Positions 1 through 8,226 of a stretch of 15,782 nt of DNA are shown here, piece by piece. Source of the stretch: a bacterium (GTDB lineage: Bacteria; RBG-13-61-14; DATKZS01); NCBI GenBank assembly GCA_046484135.1, contig JAWOBU010000096.1, positions 1 through 15,782 of the forward strand, in the 5' to 3' direction. Below the pieces are notes generated by a model, which was given only the letters and a program-made list of their open reading frames with translations, was not told where the DNA came from and did not search any database. Both the position numbers and the translations under genes were made by a program. Position 1 is the first letter of the stretch; every line of letters starts with the position of its first letter.

Positions 1-1
1 A

Positions 2-145
2 TCTCACCCTTTGCGCGCGTGGTACGACAAAGACGGGGACGGATCATGGGTTCAGGTTAAGGTCCCCGAGGGGGTGGAAGGCAAGAAGGGGGTTGCAGTT
101 CACGCTGACGGGTATACTCTAGGTGAGTGGCAGGTCCGCTTCTAA
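2..145 (+). CDS. 3' part of a hypothetical protein, probably phage-like, entering from the left edge
   Basis: Frame is open from base 2 (SHPLRAWYDKDGDGSWVQVKVPEGVEGKKGVAVHADGYTLGEWQVRF) to TAA at 143-145, followed by AGGAGAAGGAG and the ATG at 168. No family recognised. Confidence 0.45.
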   Translation, partial: SHPLRAWYDKDGDGSWVQVKVPEGVEGKKGVAVHADGYTLGEWQVRF

Positions 146-167
146 CATCTAGGAGAAGGAGCACGAG

Positions 168-365
168 ATGGCAGAATCAAAGATCGTACAGAAGTTTCCG
201 AAGGTCCTCAGTGTGCGAGAGGATCTTCAGGTACTCACGAGGATCCTTGTTGTCGATGGAGTAGAACTTCTCGACATTCGTCAGTACGTACCGAGTCTCG
301 ACAAGTATGGTAGTGGAATCATTATCCCCGCGCACCTTGCCGAAGATCTCCGGGATATGATAGGT
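168..365 (+). CDS. PC4/YdbC-like small ssDNA-binding protein, N-terminal ~66 aa; natural end apparently lost at a junction (end coordinate approximate)
   Basis: Strong RBS before ATG168. VDGVELLDIRQYVPSLDKYGSGIIIP followed by a predicted helix resembles the PC4 'lDIR.y......kGI.l' signature. Beyond ~aa 66 the 320-aa ORF is only the antisense shadow of the glycosyltransferase. Confidence 0.5.
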
Positions 366-1289
366 GCTGATGATCTCGGCCTGCTTGTAGAGCCAGCCCG
401 CGGTTACCAGGGTGTCCTGGAACCGGATAAAAGTGTAAGGCGAACCGATAAAAGCGGCGGCAAACACCACCACCAGGAAAACCCAAACCTGGGCCTCGCC
501 TGTCTTCAGGGAGACTTTGCGGCCTCCCAACAAAGCCCTGACCCACACAAAAGGAAAATGAAGCGTATCAACAAAAAACCGGTACCAGCTCTCTTTCTCC
601 TGCAAGCCGTTCATGAGCGCCAGCACCCCTACAACCACGCACAACTGGTAGTTGTTCTTGGTTACCAGGGAAAAACCGGCAAAGACGGAAGCCGGCACCA
701 GCCATCGCAACAGCCTCTCTCCCCGCCAGTACTTCACCCCGGCGTAATAAGCGGCGCACATCCAGAACAGGTTTATGGCGTCCACCTTGCCCAGAACCGA
801 GACCGAGATATGCATGCTGTTCAAGGCGACCAGAAGGGTGCAGGCCAGCGCCCATCTCCATTCCAGGTACTGCCTGGCCAGAAGATGCGTAAAAACTATT
901 GCCCCCATGGCAAAGACAAGAGACACGCCGCGGGAGACCAGTATGGCCTCGGGCTGCTGCGCGGACAGCTCGTGAAAGATCGCGAACACTGCGTCTGCGC
1001 CTTGAGCCAGGAAAGTACCCAGGTGGCCGAACACCGCCCATCCCAGAAATCCGATGGCGTTCACATAAAAAGCGAGGGCGGGGTAAAAGGTATAGGAGGT
1101 GTCAATGGTGCAGTTCCGAAGGAGGTATAGGGCGACCTCGGTGGTGCGGGTCTCGTCCAGGTAAACGAACCACGGCAAGAGCATGTCAAAGTGCCGGAGC
1201 CGCAGGAGAAGGGCCACGGCCATGACCACGGCAAGAGCCATAAGCTCTCGCGCCGAAACCGGCCCGGGTTTTTCCATCTTTTGTTTCAT
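177..1289 (-). CDS. ArnT/PMT-like (GT-C fold, GT39/GT83-like) membrane glycosyltransferase, probably C-terminally truncated near 360
   Basis: First TM helix ends in LRL, then the acidic DE motif (YLDE), YP motif, SRGVS, KVD, TK and SPY motifs with multiple TM helices. ATGA overlap with the upstream gene at 1286-1289. The last ~60 aa are antisense to the PC4-like gene. Confidence 0.8.
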   Translation of the reverse strand: MKQKMEKPGPVSARELMALAVVMAVALLLRLRHFDMLLPWFVYLDETRTTEVALYLLRNCTIDTSYTFYPALAFYVNAIGFLGWAVFGHLGTFLAQGADAVFAIFHELSAQQPEAILVSRGVSLVFAMGAIVFTHLLARQYLEWRWALACTLLVALNSMHISVSVLGKVDAINLFWMCAAYYAGVKYWRGERLLRWLVPASVFAGFSLVTKNNYQLCVVVGVLALMNGLQEKESWYRFFVDTLHFPFVWVRALLGGRKVSLKTGEAQVWVFLVVVFAAAFIGSPYTFIRFQDTLVTAGWLYKQAEIISTYHIPEIFGKVRGDNDSTTILVETRYVLTNVEKFYSIDNKDPREYLKILSHTEDLRKLLYDL

Positions 1290-2689
1290 AGGAACTTGAG
1301 CCGGAAGTGCTTGAGGCCGACCCGGAAGAAGTCGGCGGGACGGGGCATGGCGGAGATGATCCGGTAGATACGGCGGGGGCTTATATAGAACCTTCGGTGT
1401 GCTTTCTTGTGCATGCGGTAGAGGGTCTCGTCGTCTTCCGCGGTAAGGTTGGTTGACACCCGCGCATACGATGTGTCGTCCGGGTCGTACTCCACCTCCT
1501 TTCCGGACTCGACAGCCATGGCATGGACCTCGGTTCCGGGAAAAGGAGACAGCAGGGCAAAGCCGGCGGTATGAAGCTGCGAGGAGCAGGCAAAGCTTAT
1601 GGTCTGTTCCATCTCGTCCCGGGTTTCGCCGGGGAAGCCGAGCATGAAAAAGCCGTGGGTGAAAATACCGGCGCTCGCGGCCCGCTCCACGCCGTCTCGC
1701 AGGGACTCGAGGTTCAGTCCCTTTTTGATGAGCTTCTGGATGCGGGGAGAGCCGGACTCGACACCGAAGTTGATCTTGTAGGTGCCGGCCTTTCTCATAA
1801 GATCGAGCAGGCTGTCGGGAAGGCGGTCGCCCCTGATGCCGTTCGGAAAAGCGAACTTCAAATCAAGGCCCCGGTCAAGCACTCCCTGCATGATCTCTCG
1901 GGCCCGGCCGATGTCGCAGTTGAAGCAGTCGTCAATAACATGGACCTCCCGGATGCCGTGATCGCGCTGTAGGGCCGTGAGCTCGTCCAGCACGTTCTGG
2001 GCAGACCTGCCCCGGAAGCGCTTGCCGAACATGTTGTGACAGAAGATGCAGCCGAAAGGACATGCCCTCGAGGTAAATATGGTCGAGACTTCCCTGCGGC
2101 AGGTGATGTCGTTCTGGTTCAGCATGACATCAGTGAAGTAGCGGGACAGATCCAGGAGGTCCCAGGCCGGAAACGGGAGCTCGGTAAGGTCATGGATGAA
2201 AGGCCGCGAAGGCCCCCACACGATTTCCTCGCCGGACTTCACCACAGTACCGGCAGTGCCGCAAAGCCCGGCGCCGGACTCGATGTTCCGGACCAGCTCG
2301 ACAAAGGTGTCCTCGCCTTCGCCCACGGCGGCCACGTCAATGTTGGGATCGGTGAGCACCGACTCGGGCACGGCGGTGGGATGAGGACCACCTACGCCCA
2401 CCACGCAGTCGGGATTGATGGACTTGGCAATCGAGGCCACGGCGTGCATGGATGATGCCTGGAAGCTCATGGCGTGAATGGCGATAAAATGAGGCTGGAA
2501 CTCTTTTATGATGGGTGCCGCGTCTTGCGGCCGGGCCCTCTTTTCCATGAGGTCCAGGATTTTGAGCTCATGTTCGGGGTCTTTGTTGCGCAGGCAGGAG
2601 GCCAGGTACATGAGTCCGTGAGGCGGGTAACATTGATACACGAATTTCTCGGGCGCCATTACCCCGGACTCGATCAGAAGTATCCTCAT
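1286..2689 (-). CDS. Cobalamin-binding radical SAM protein (class B methyltransferase-like), 467 aa
   Basis: Start reassigned to MRILLI at 2689 (ATGA overlap with the upstream stop). B12-binding domain motifs PPHGLMYLAS, GGPHPT and GEGE; TSRACPFGCIFC (CxxxCxxC); GVESGS; GFPGET; PFPGT. Confidence 0.93.
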   Translation of the reverse strand: MRILLIESGVMAPEKFVYQCYPPHGLMYLASCLRNKDPEHELKILDLMEKRARPQDAAPIIKEFQPHFIAIHAMSFQASSMHAVASIAKSINPDCVVGVGGPHPTAVPESVLTDPNIDVAAVGEGEDTFVELVRNIESGAGLCGTAGTVVKSGEEIVWGPSRPFIHDLTELPFPAWDLLDLSRYFTDVMLNQNDITCRREVSTIFTSRACPFGCIFCHNMFGKRFRGRSAQNVLDELTALQRDHGIREVHVIDDCFNCDIGRAREIMQGVLDRGLDLKFAFPNGIRGDRLPDSLLDLMRKAGTYKINFGVESGSPRIQKLIKKGLNLESLRDGVERAASAGIFTHGFFMLGFPGETRDEMEQTISFACSSQLHTAGFALLSPFPGTEVHAMAVESGKEVEYDPDDTSYARVSTNLTAEDDETLYRMHKKAHRRFYISPRRIYRIISAMPRPADFFRVGLKHFRLKFL

Positions 2690-3627
2690 CTGCTCTCCAG
2701 TACGGCAAAGACCATGACGTGGCCGGCAGGAAAGTTGAAGCGCCGGACCAGGTAGCGGAGCGCCCGGAAGCCGATGTGTGCGAGCCGGTCCTGCCAGGGC
2801 GCATCGTTTTCCGCCAGAAACTCGGGCACCAGCAGAGAGTTGCGGTGGCTTATCACGCGGAGCCCGGTCTTTTTGCACATCTGGCTCAAGGTGTCCAGGG
2901 AGTACTCGTAAAGGTGGTATGGCGGCAGGGAGGGAAACTCTTTGCTGAGCTTCAGCGAGGTCAGAAGCCGGTTGTCCAGCCGTCCCAGGGTCCAGGAAAT
3001 GGGCAACAGCCGGGCGGTGCGGTAATAAAAGGAGTTCATGTAAGTGGGGACCTTGATGACGGTCATTCCATCGGGTTTCAAGAGCCTTTTTACTTCGGTC
3101 AAAAATTCCACCGGCTCAGGCTCATGCTCGAGCAGGTCTCCCATAAAAATGATGTCAAAAGAGGCTGCCGGAAGCCTGGTTTCCATGAGTCGTCCGTGGT
3201 GGACGGTGAGGCCGAACTGCTCGCGGGCGGTCTTTGCCGCCCACTCGGATATGTCCACCCCTTCCACTTCATAGCCGGAGCGCCGGGCGTAGTTCAGAAA
3301 GCTGCCGCCTGCGCAACCGATCTCGAGGAGCTTCCCTCCTCGGCGATGCCTTTTGATGCCTTCCAGCACCTCCCGGTACTCGTTGACGCGGGTGGCCTCG
3401 GTCTCGAGATATGTCCCCTTCCGGACGCCGCAACTGAAGTCCCGATCAAAGTAATCGTTCGTGTACAAGCTGCGCACGGTCTCGACGTTCAGCATGGGCG
3501 CCACCCGGACCAGGCCGCATTCCCGGCAGCGTAAAAGATCGAAGGTCTGCTCCCCCAGGACATAGACCCGCGGCAGATACACCGAGTACTCGGTGCCCGC
3601 GCAGAGCTTGCAGGCTTCCCCCTTCAT
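2686..3627 (-). CDS. Class I SAM-dependent methyltransferase with N-terminal zinc ribbon
   Basis: CKLC...CRECGL; motif I LLEIGCAGG; GVDIS; FDII...LEH; LKPDG; late PYHLYEYS motif typical of glycan-locus methyltransferases. Confidence 0.9.
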   Translation of the reverse strand: MKGEACKLCAGTEYSVYLPRVYVLGEQTFDLLRCRECGLVRVAPMLNVETVRSLYTNDYFDRDFSCGVRKGTYLETEATRVNEYREVLEGIKRHRRGGKLLEIGCAGGSFLNYARRSGYEVEGVDISEWAAKTAREQFGLTVHHGRLMETRLPAASFDIIFMGDLLEHEPEPVEFLTEVKRLLKPDGMTVIKVPTYMNSFYYRTARLLPISWTLGRLDNRLLTSLKLSKEFPSLPPYHLYEYSLDTLSQMCKKTGLRVISHRNSLLVPEFLAENDAPWQDRLAHIGFRALRYLVRRFNFPAGHVMVFAVLESR

Positions 3628-5051
3628 TTTTCGTACTTCTCTTCCAGGTACTCGTCCCTTTTAACGTCCGGCGAGGTCTTGACCTCTTCACCCAGGGCCC
3701 GCCGGGCCGCGCGGAGCCCGGTTTCAATGCTGTGGTCAATGTTGTTGTAAACGAACTGGCCGTATCTTCCCATGAGTATGAGGTTGGTAAAATTTTCCAG
3801 GTAGTCCTTGATGGTGTCCAGGTGTTTTTCGTGTCCTATGTCATGGAGCGGGTAGGCCTTCCTGGCCCGCACCACCCGGTAATCAAAGGCGTGTCTTTCC
3901 TTGCCGGGGGCCAGGCCGATGCGCTTGAGCTCCTCCAGGGTCATCCGGTACAGGTCTTCGTCCTTCATGCTCCAGACCGGGTCGGTCTCGAAGCAGAAGT
4001 ACTCGAACACCAGCGAGGTCTTGCCGGGCGGGCTCATGGCCGGGCTCCAGTTGGTGGGCTCGTGGAGCCTTCCGAACTTCACGTCCGGGTCGGGTAGGTA
4101 AATCCAGGTGTCCTCGGTTATCCTTTCCACGTCGAACATGATGGCCACGATCAAGAGATCGCGGTATCGGAGCCGGTTGGCGGCTTCTTTAACCTCGTCC
4201 GGCGCGGGCGGATCCAGGATGTGGATAAGCTCGGTGACCGGTATGCTGGAGAGGACCGGGCCTCCTTCCATGGTCTCTTCCGTGCCGTCCGACCTGCGGA
4301 CCTTTACTCCGTAGACCTCTCCGTCGCGGTGGAGGACCCCTGCGGCCCGGCTGTTCAGCAAAATCTCGTTCGACTGCCTGATCTCGCGGGCCAGCCTCTC
4401 GCTTATCCTTCCGATGCCGTGGGCCGGGTACTTGAAATGTCCGATCAGGCTCACCGGCTGCTCCTTTCGGGAAGGCAGGACGCTCTCTCTTATGGTCCCC
4501 AAAAGGCTCATCCCTTTTATGCGCTGTGCCGCCCACTCCGCGGAAATCTGGGTACAGGGGACGCCCCAGACCTTCTCGGTGTAGGTCTTGAAAAATATCT
4601 CGTACATGCGCCTTCCGAACTGCTTTATCATCCAGTCTTCCAGGGTCACCACTTCCCTGCCCCGGAACAGGAGCCACCTGTCAAAAAGAAAGCTTACCAG
4701 GATGCGGGCGGACATGGCCGGGCCGAGCCCTTTGAAGGCGTTCAGGAAGGTGGGAGGATAGTTGAAGTAACGGTTCAAGAAATAAATCTTGGAGTAGCGG
4801 TCCACGTCAATCAGCTCGTCCACCATGAGGTCGTGCAGGAACTTGTCCAGCTCCGCCTTCTTGGTAAAAAAGCGGTGCCCTCCCAGGTCGAACAGGAACC
4901 CGTTGTGGGAGTGGGTGCGGGAAAGCCCCCCCACTCCGTCGTCCTTTTCCAGCACCGTGGTCCTGGCGCCGTGGTCGGTCAGGACCTTGCCCGCGGCAAG
5001 ACCGGCCGGGCCTCCGCCCATGATAATCACGTGCCGCTTCGATTCATTCAT
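3624..5051 (-). CDS. FAD-dependent oxidoreductase (protoporphyrinogen oxidase / UDP-galactopyranose mutase-like superfamily)
   Basis: GGGPAGLAAG dinucleotide-binding motif, LEK...GGLSRT, FDLGGHRFFTK, YTEKVWG, W..QRI, AYP, GRYGQFVYNNIDHSIETG. Confidence 0.88.
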   Translation of the reverse strand: MNESKRHVIIMGGGPAGLAAGKVLTDHGARTTVLEKDDGVGGLSRTHSHNGFLFDLGGHRFFTKKAELDKFLHDLMVDELIDVDRYSKIYFLNRYFNYPPTFLNAFKGLGPAMSARILVSFLFDRWLLFRGREVVTLEDWMIKQFGRRMYEIFFKTYTEKVWGVPCTQISAEWAAQRIKGMSLLGTIRESVLPSRKEQPVSLIGHFKYPAHGIGRISERLAREIRQSNEILLNSRAAGVLHRDGEVYGVKVRRSDGTEETMEGGPVLSSIPVTELIHILDPPAPDEVKEAANRLRYRDLLIVAIMFDVERITEDTWIYLPDPDVKFGRLHEPTNWSPAMSPPGKTSLVFEYFCFETDPVWSMKDEDLYRMTLEELKRIGLAPGKERHAFDYRVVRARKAYPLHDIGHEKHLDTIKDYLENFTNLILMGRYGQFVYNNIDHSIETGLRAARRALGEEVKTSPDVKRDEYLEEKYEK

Positions 5052-5066
5052 TCGATATCTCCATGT

Positions 5067-6341
5067 CTAGGCCACCCAGTAAGCGTTGACGAACATTGCG
5101 GCAAACAGCCCGAACAGGGCCGCGGACAAACATAACAGCACGCTCCGCAACCACGGCTTGTCCTCTACCAGCGCGGCCACCGCGATGAACATGGGAAGGC
5201 ACTGCACCTGGTAGCGCAGGTAGCTGTGGTTGCTGTTCGAGGTGTGGAAGAAAAAGAACAGGACCATCCACACCCAGTACGCTCCCCGGACCCGCCGGAA
5301 GCTGAGCACGATGACAGCGAGCAAAGCGGCGTGCAGGGGAAGCTCCTTTGTCCAGGTGGCCCAGCCTTTTTTATAGGTCTGGATCATCATCTCCCACGGC
5401 CATCCCACCTGGCCGTGCACGTTCTGCTCGTGGACCCGGGTCCATATCAAGGCGTCGCCCGCCACTACCTCATAATAAATCAGCACCCCGACAAATCCCA
5501 AAGGCACCAGGAATATCCACCATACCAGCGGCCTCCGCACCAGGGAGAAAAGCGTGTGCTTCAGGTTGTCCGGACCCAGGGTGTTTATATAGCCTCCAAA
5601 ACCGTAGCTTCGGGCGGCTCTCTGCTCCATCCACTCGTACAAAAGCGGAGCGGCAAGGACCACGCCGAAGATGCGCGATGATGCCGCGAACATGGCCAAA
5701 AGCCCGGCCGCCCACCACCTCCGGTCGCGGGCGGAGAGCATGGACCCGGCCGCCAGGGCCAGAAACAGCGACTCGTTATATGCTGCGGAAAGACTGTAGG
5801 CGCCGGGGTGAAACTGGGACAGGGCCACGCAGAACACCGCCGCGGTCTGGCCCAGGTCCTTTCTTGCCAGCACGTAAAGAAAAGCGCCGTAGAGGATGGT
5901 AAGGAAGTTGGACAGCAAAACCGCGGACCATAAGGGATCAAGGCCAAGCCGATATGCCGCTCCCGCCATCCAGTAGAACAGGGGCCAGTGCCGGTAGCCG
6001 TATCCGCGGAAGCCCTGTTTTCCCTCTTCCGGCGGCCAGAGCCCCTGCCGGTAGCCCATCCGGTCCATGACCGTGAAGGCGCGGGCGAACTTTTCCGGGT
6101 CGTAGTCTCCCCTGGCCAGCTTCTGCGGCCCGAGCACGCCCAGCCTTATGAACCACGCTCCGTCGAAGTTGGCCAGGTTCTCGACAAAGGACGTGTCCGG
6201 CCGGGTCATCCAGGAGTCGAACTCCCAGTCCTTTTTCTCCATAAAGCCCCAGCCGGCATATAGACAGACCAGGGCCGCCAGCTTTAACGCCAGGGCCAGG
6301 AGTATGCCTTGTTTCCAAATGCCGGCTTTTCGCGACTCCAC
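5067..6341 (-). CDS. PIG-V-like (GT76, GT-C fold) mannosyltransferase-family membrane protein
   Basis: NFDGAWFIRL after TM1, HWPLF, YNESLFLAL, SR..G, YLRY and many TM helices. Start uncertain: GTG at 6341 lies just after the upstream stop, while the ORF track uses TTG at 6386. Confidence 0.82.
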   Translation of the reverse strand: MESRKAGIWKQGILLALALKLAALVCLYAGWGFMEKKDWEFDSWMTRPDTSFVENLANFDGAWFIRLGVLGPQKLARGDYDPEKFARAFTVMDRMGYRQGLWPPEEGKQGFRGYGYRHWPLFYWMAGAAYRLGLDPLWSAVLLSNFLTILYGAFLYVLARKDLGQTAAVFCVALSQFHPGAYSLSAAYNESLFLALAAGSMLSARDRRWWAAGLLAMFAASSRIFGVVLAAPLLYEWMEQRAARSYGFGGYINTLGPDNLKHTLFSLVRRPLVWWIFLVPLGFVGVLIYYEVVAGDALIWTRVHEQNVHGQVGWPWEMMIQTYKKGWATWTKELPLHAALLAVIVLSFRRVRGAYWVWMVLFFFFHTSNSNHSYLRYQVQCLPMFIAVAALVEDKPWLRSVLLCLSAALFGLFAAMFVNAYWVA

Positions 6342-6345
6342 TTTC

Positions 6346-7842
6346 TTACCAGAGGTTTCTTCTCGCGATCCTGATAAAAATTCCAACGGTGTACCTGGGC
6401 CTTTTAAGGAAAAGGTCCACTATAGACTTTCGGAAAAGCACCCAGGGGTTCCGGAAGAAGGAGCGGAGGTTATATTTTAAGAACTCCCTGCCCGCCTTCT
6501 TCTCGAGCTCTCCCTGGGGAAAGATGCCCTGGTGATATGCTGAGCGGGTAAAAGTAAGGTTCTCGAAGTTGAAGTCTCCCCGCAGCATGCCTTGCTTTTT
6601 GGCTGTCTCGTACAGCTCGGTCCCGGGAAGGGGATTGGCCACGAAAAAATAGGCCATGTCCGTCTTCATCCGGTTGGCGAACCGGAAGGTCTCCTCCATC
6701 TGCTCCCTGGTCTCTCCGGGAAAGCCGAAGATGTAAAAGGCGTTGGTGCGCAGGTTCTTGCTTTTGATGTACCGGGTAAGCTCGGCCGCCTTTTCCAGGT
6801 TCAAGGGTTTCTTGATGATGCGGGAGAGCACTTCCTGGCAGCCGCTCTCAAAAGCCAGGGTCATCTCGTAGCATCCTGCTTCCACCAGGAGGTCCACCAT
6901 CTCCTTGTCCAGGGTCCAGAGGGCGACGCCGTTGGGGAAGTTGAGCTTAATGTTCAGCTTCCGGTCAATGATCCCCCGGCAAATCTGCTTGGCCCGCTCC
7001 CGGTCCGCAGTGAAGTTGTCGTCCTCGAACTGGACCTCTTTGATGCCCCACTTGTCCACCAGGTGCGAAATCTCGTCAAGCACGTTCTCGGGCGAGCGGA
7101 ACCGGTAGCGGTTCCCCCAGAAGCGGGTGCTGGAGCAATAGATGCAATGGGCGGGACAGCCGCGGGAGCTTATCATGGGCGCGTTGTTCCTTTTTGCCGC
7201 GGAGAAGCTGTGAGGGACCCCGATCCGGTTGTAAAGGTCCATGGGCAAAAGGTCGCGGGCCGGAAAGGGAATCGAGTCCAGGTCTTCGATGTACGCGGTT
7301 TTCGGGTTTATCTTGACCTCGCCATCCTCTTTGTAAGCAAGGCCGTCAATGTCGCTGATGTCCCGGCCCTGTTTTAAGCGCCGGACCAGCTCCAGCACGG
7401 TGGGCTCGCTCTCCCCCAATGCAATCATGTCCAGGGAGGGCTCTTCCAGGCAGTACTCGGGCATAAAGGTAGGATAGGTCCCCCCGGTGATGGTAAGTAT
7501 CTCCGGATCAATCCGTTTGACCTCCTGGCAAACCTCCCGGATCACCGGAAAGACCGAGCTGAAAAGACAGGTGAGGCCCACCAGGTCCGGCTGAAAATCC
7601 TCGATCCTGCGACGGATGTCGTTCAGGGAAAGACCGAACCGGATGAAGTTCTCGTCCCAGATCTCCTCGTGGTTGAAACCCTCCGCTGCCGCGTCCAGGA
7701 TTTTGACCTCGACCTCGTCCCGGATCATGGAGGCAATATAGGAAATACCCAGCGGAGAGAACACCAGCTTCATGGTTTCGCGGTAGAGCCGCACGGGAGG
7801 GAAGATAAGCAACACGCGCTCGACTTTTTTATTCAAGACCAT
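6346..7842 (-). CDS. Cobalamin-binding radical SAM protein (class B methyltransferase-like), 498 aa
   Basis: LLIFPP, PLGISYIAS, GGTYPT, GESE, FPARDL, SSRGCPAHCIYC, FEDDNFT, AFESG, GFPGET, PLPGT. Confidence 0.93.
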   Translation of the reverse strand: MVLNKKVERVLLIFPPVRLYRETMKLVFSPLGISYIASMIRDEVEVKILDAAAEGFNHEEIWDENFIRFGLSLNDIRRRIEDFQPDLVGLTCLFSSVFPVIREVCQEVKRIDPEILTITGGTYPTFMPEYCLEEPSLDMIALGESEPTVLELVRRLKQGRDISDIDGLAYKEDGEVKINPKTAYIEDLDSIPFPARDLLPMDLYNRIGVPHSFSAAKRNNAPMISSRGCPAHCIYCSSTRFWGNRYRFRSPENVLDEISHLVDKWGIKEVQFEDDNFTADRERAKQICRGIIDRKLNIKLNFPNGVALWTLDKEMVDLLVEAGCYEMTLAFESGCQEVLSRIIKKPLNLEKAAELTRYIKSKNLRTNAFYIFGFPGETREQMEETFRFANRMKTDMAYFFVANPLPGTELYETAKKQGMLRGDFNFENLTFTRSAYHQGIFPQGELEKKAGREFLKYNLRSFFRNPWVLFRKSIVDLFLKRPRYTVGIFIRIARRNLW

Positions 7843-7940
7843 ACCAAGGGAATCCTTTTAATGAAATCGAAGGACATGAATCAGAACCGGACCTGCGCCC
7901 GTGCATGCAATCTAGAGCCCTTTCGATCCGTTTCTACTGC

Positions 7941-7969
7941 AATATAACTTAATTCCCCCGATCGAACAA
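7941..7969 (-). promoter_or_regulatory. Candidate sigma70 promoter for the radical SAM/glycosyltransferase operon
   Basis: Minus strand TTGTTC-17 bp-TATATT about 100 bp upstream of ATG7842. Confidence 0.45.
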
Positions 7970-8003
7970 AAACCGGCTTCTCAAAATCATGAATTAACTC
8001 ATA

Positions 8004-8160
8004 AGCCTTTTGCAAAATCGGAAAATAAGGGGTCGGGATTTGGGATTTGTATAGTGGGAGCGACTCCAGTTCGCGATTATCGAGACCTGCCTGCCTGTGC
8101 GTGTCCGCACGCAGACAGGGAGGTCTCTCCCACCAAACCTCCGGCTTTTTGCAAAAAACT
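8004..8160. mobile_element. Possible MITE-like composite element with degenerate terminal inverted repeats
   Basis: Left end AGCCTTTTGCAAAA versus right-end reverse complement AGTTTTTTGCAAAA (12/14). It encloses the REP-like unit at 8054-8133. Confidence 0.4.
8054..8133 (+). repeat. REP-like palindromic element, copy 1, with internal CCTG...CAGG hairpin insert
   Basis: GTGGGAG...CTCCCAC termini; internal CCTGCCTGCCTGTGCGTGTCCGCACGCAGACAGG; closely similar inverted copy at 12689-12770. Confidence 0.85.
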
Positions 8161-8226
8161 TTTATATCATTCAGACCCGCCCAACACCGGGCAGGTTCCC
8201 CCCCCCCCAAAACAACCGTATAGATT

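Noticed and set aside
366..1130. Remainder of the 320-aa + strand ORF as a real protein
   Set aside because: It is the in-register antisense of the glycosyltransferase, with H/Q/G/K-rich composition typical of shadow ORFs.
2690..2878. 63-aa N-terminal extension of the first radical SAM ORF
   Set aside because: It overlaps the methyltransferase. The ATG at 2689 gives a canonical MRILLI start with an ATGA overlap.
2719..7377. Long + strand ORFs (2719-3534, 4221-5135, 6592-7377 and others)
   Set aside because: Antisense shadows of well-supported minus-strand genes in GC-rich DNA, with no motifs.
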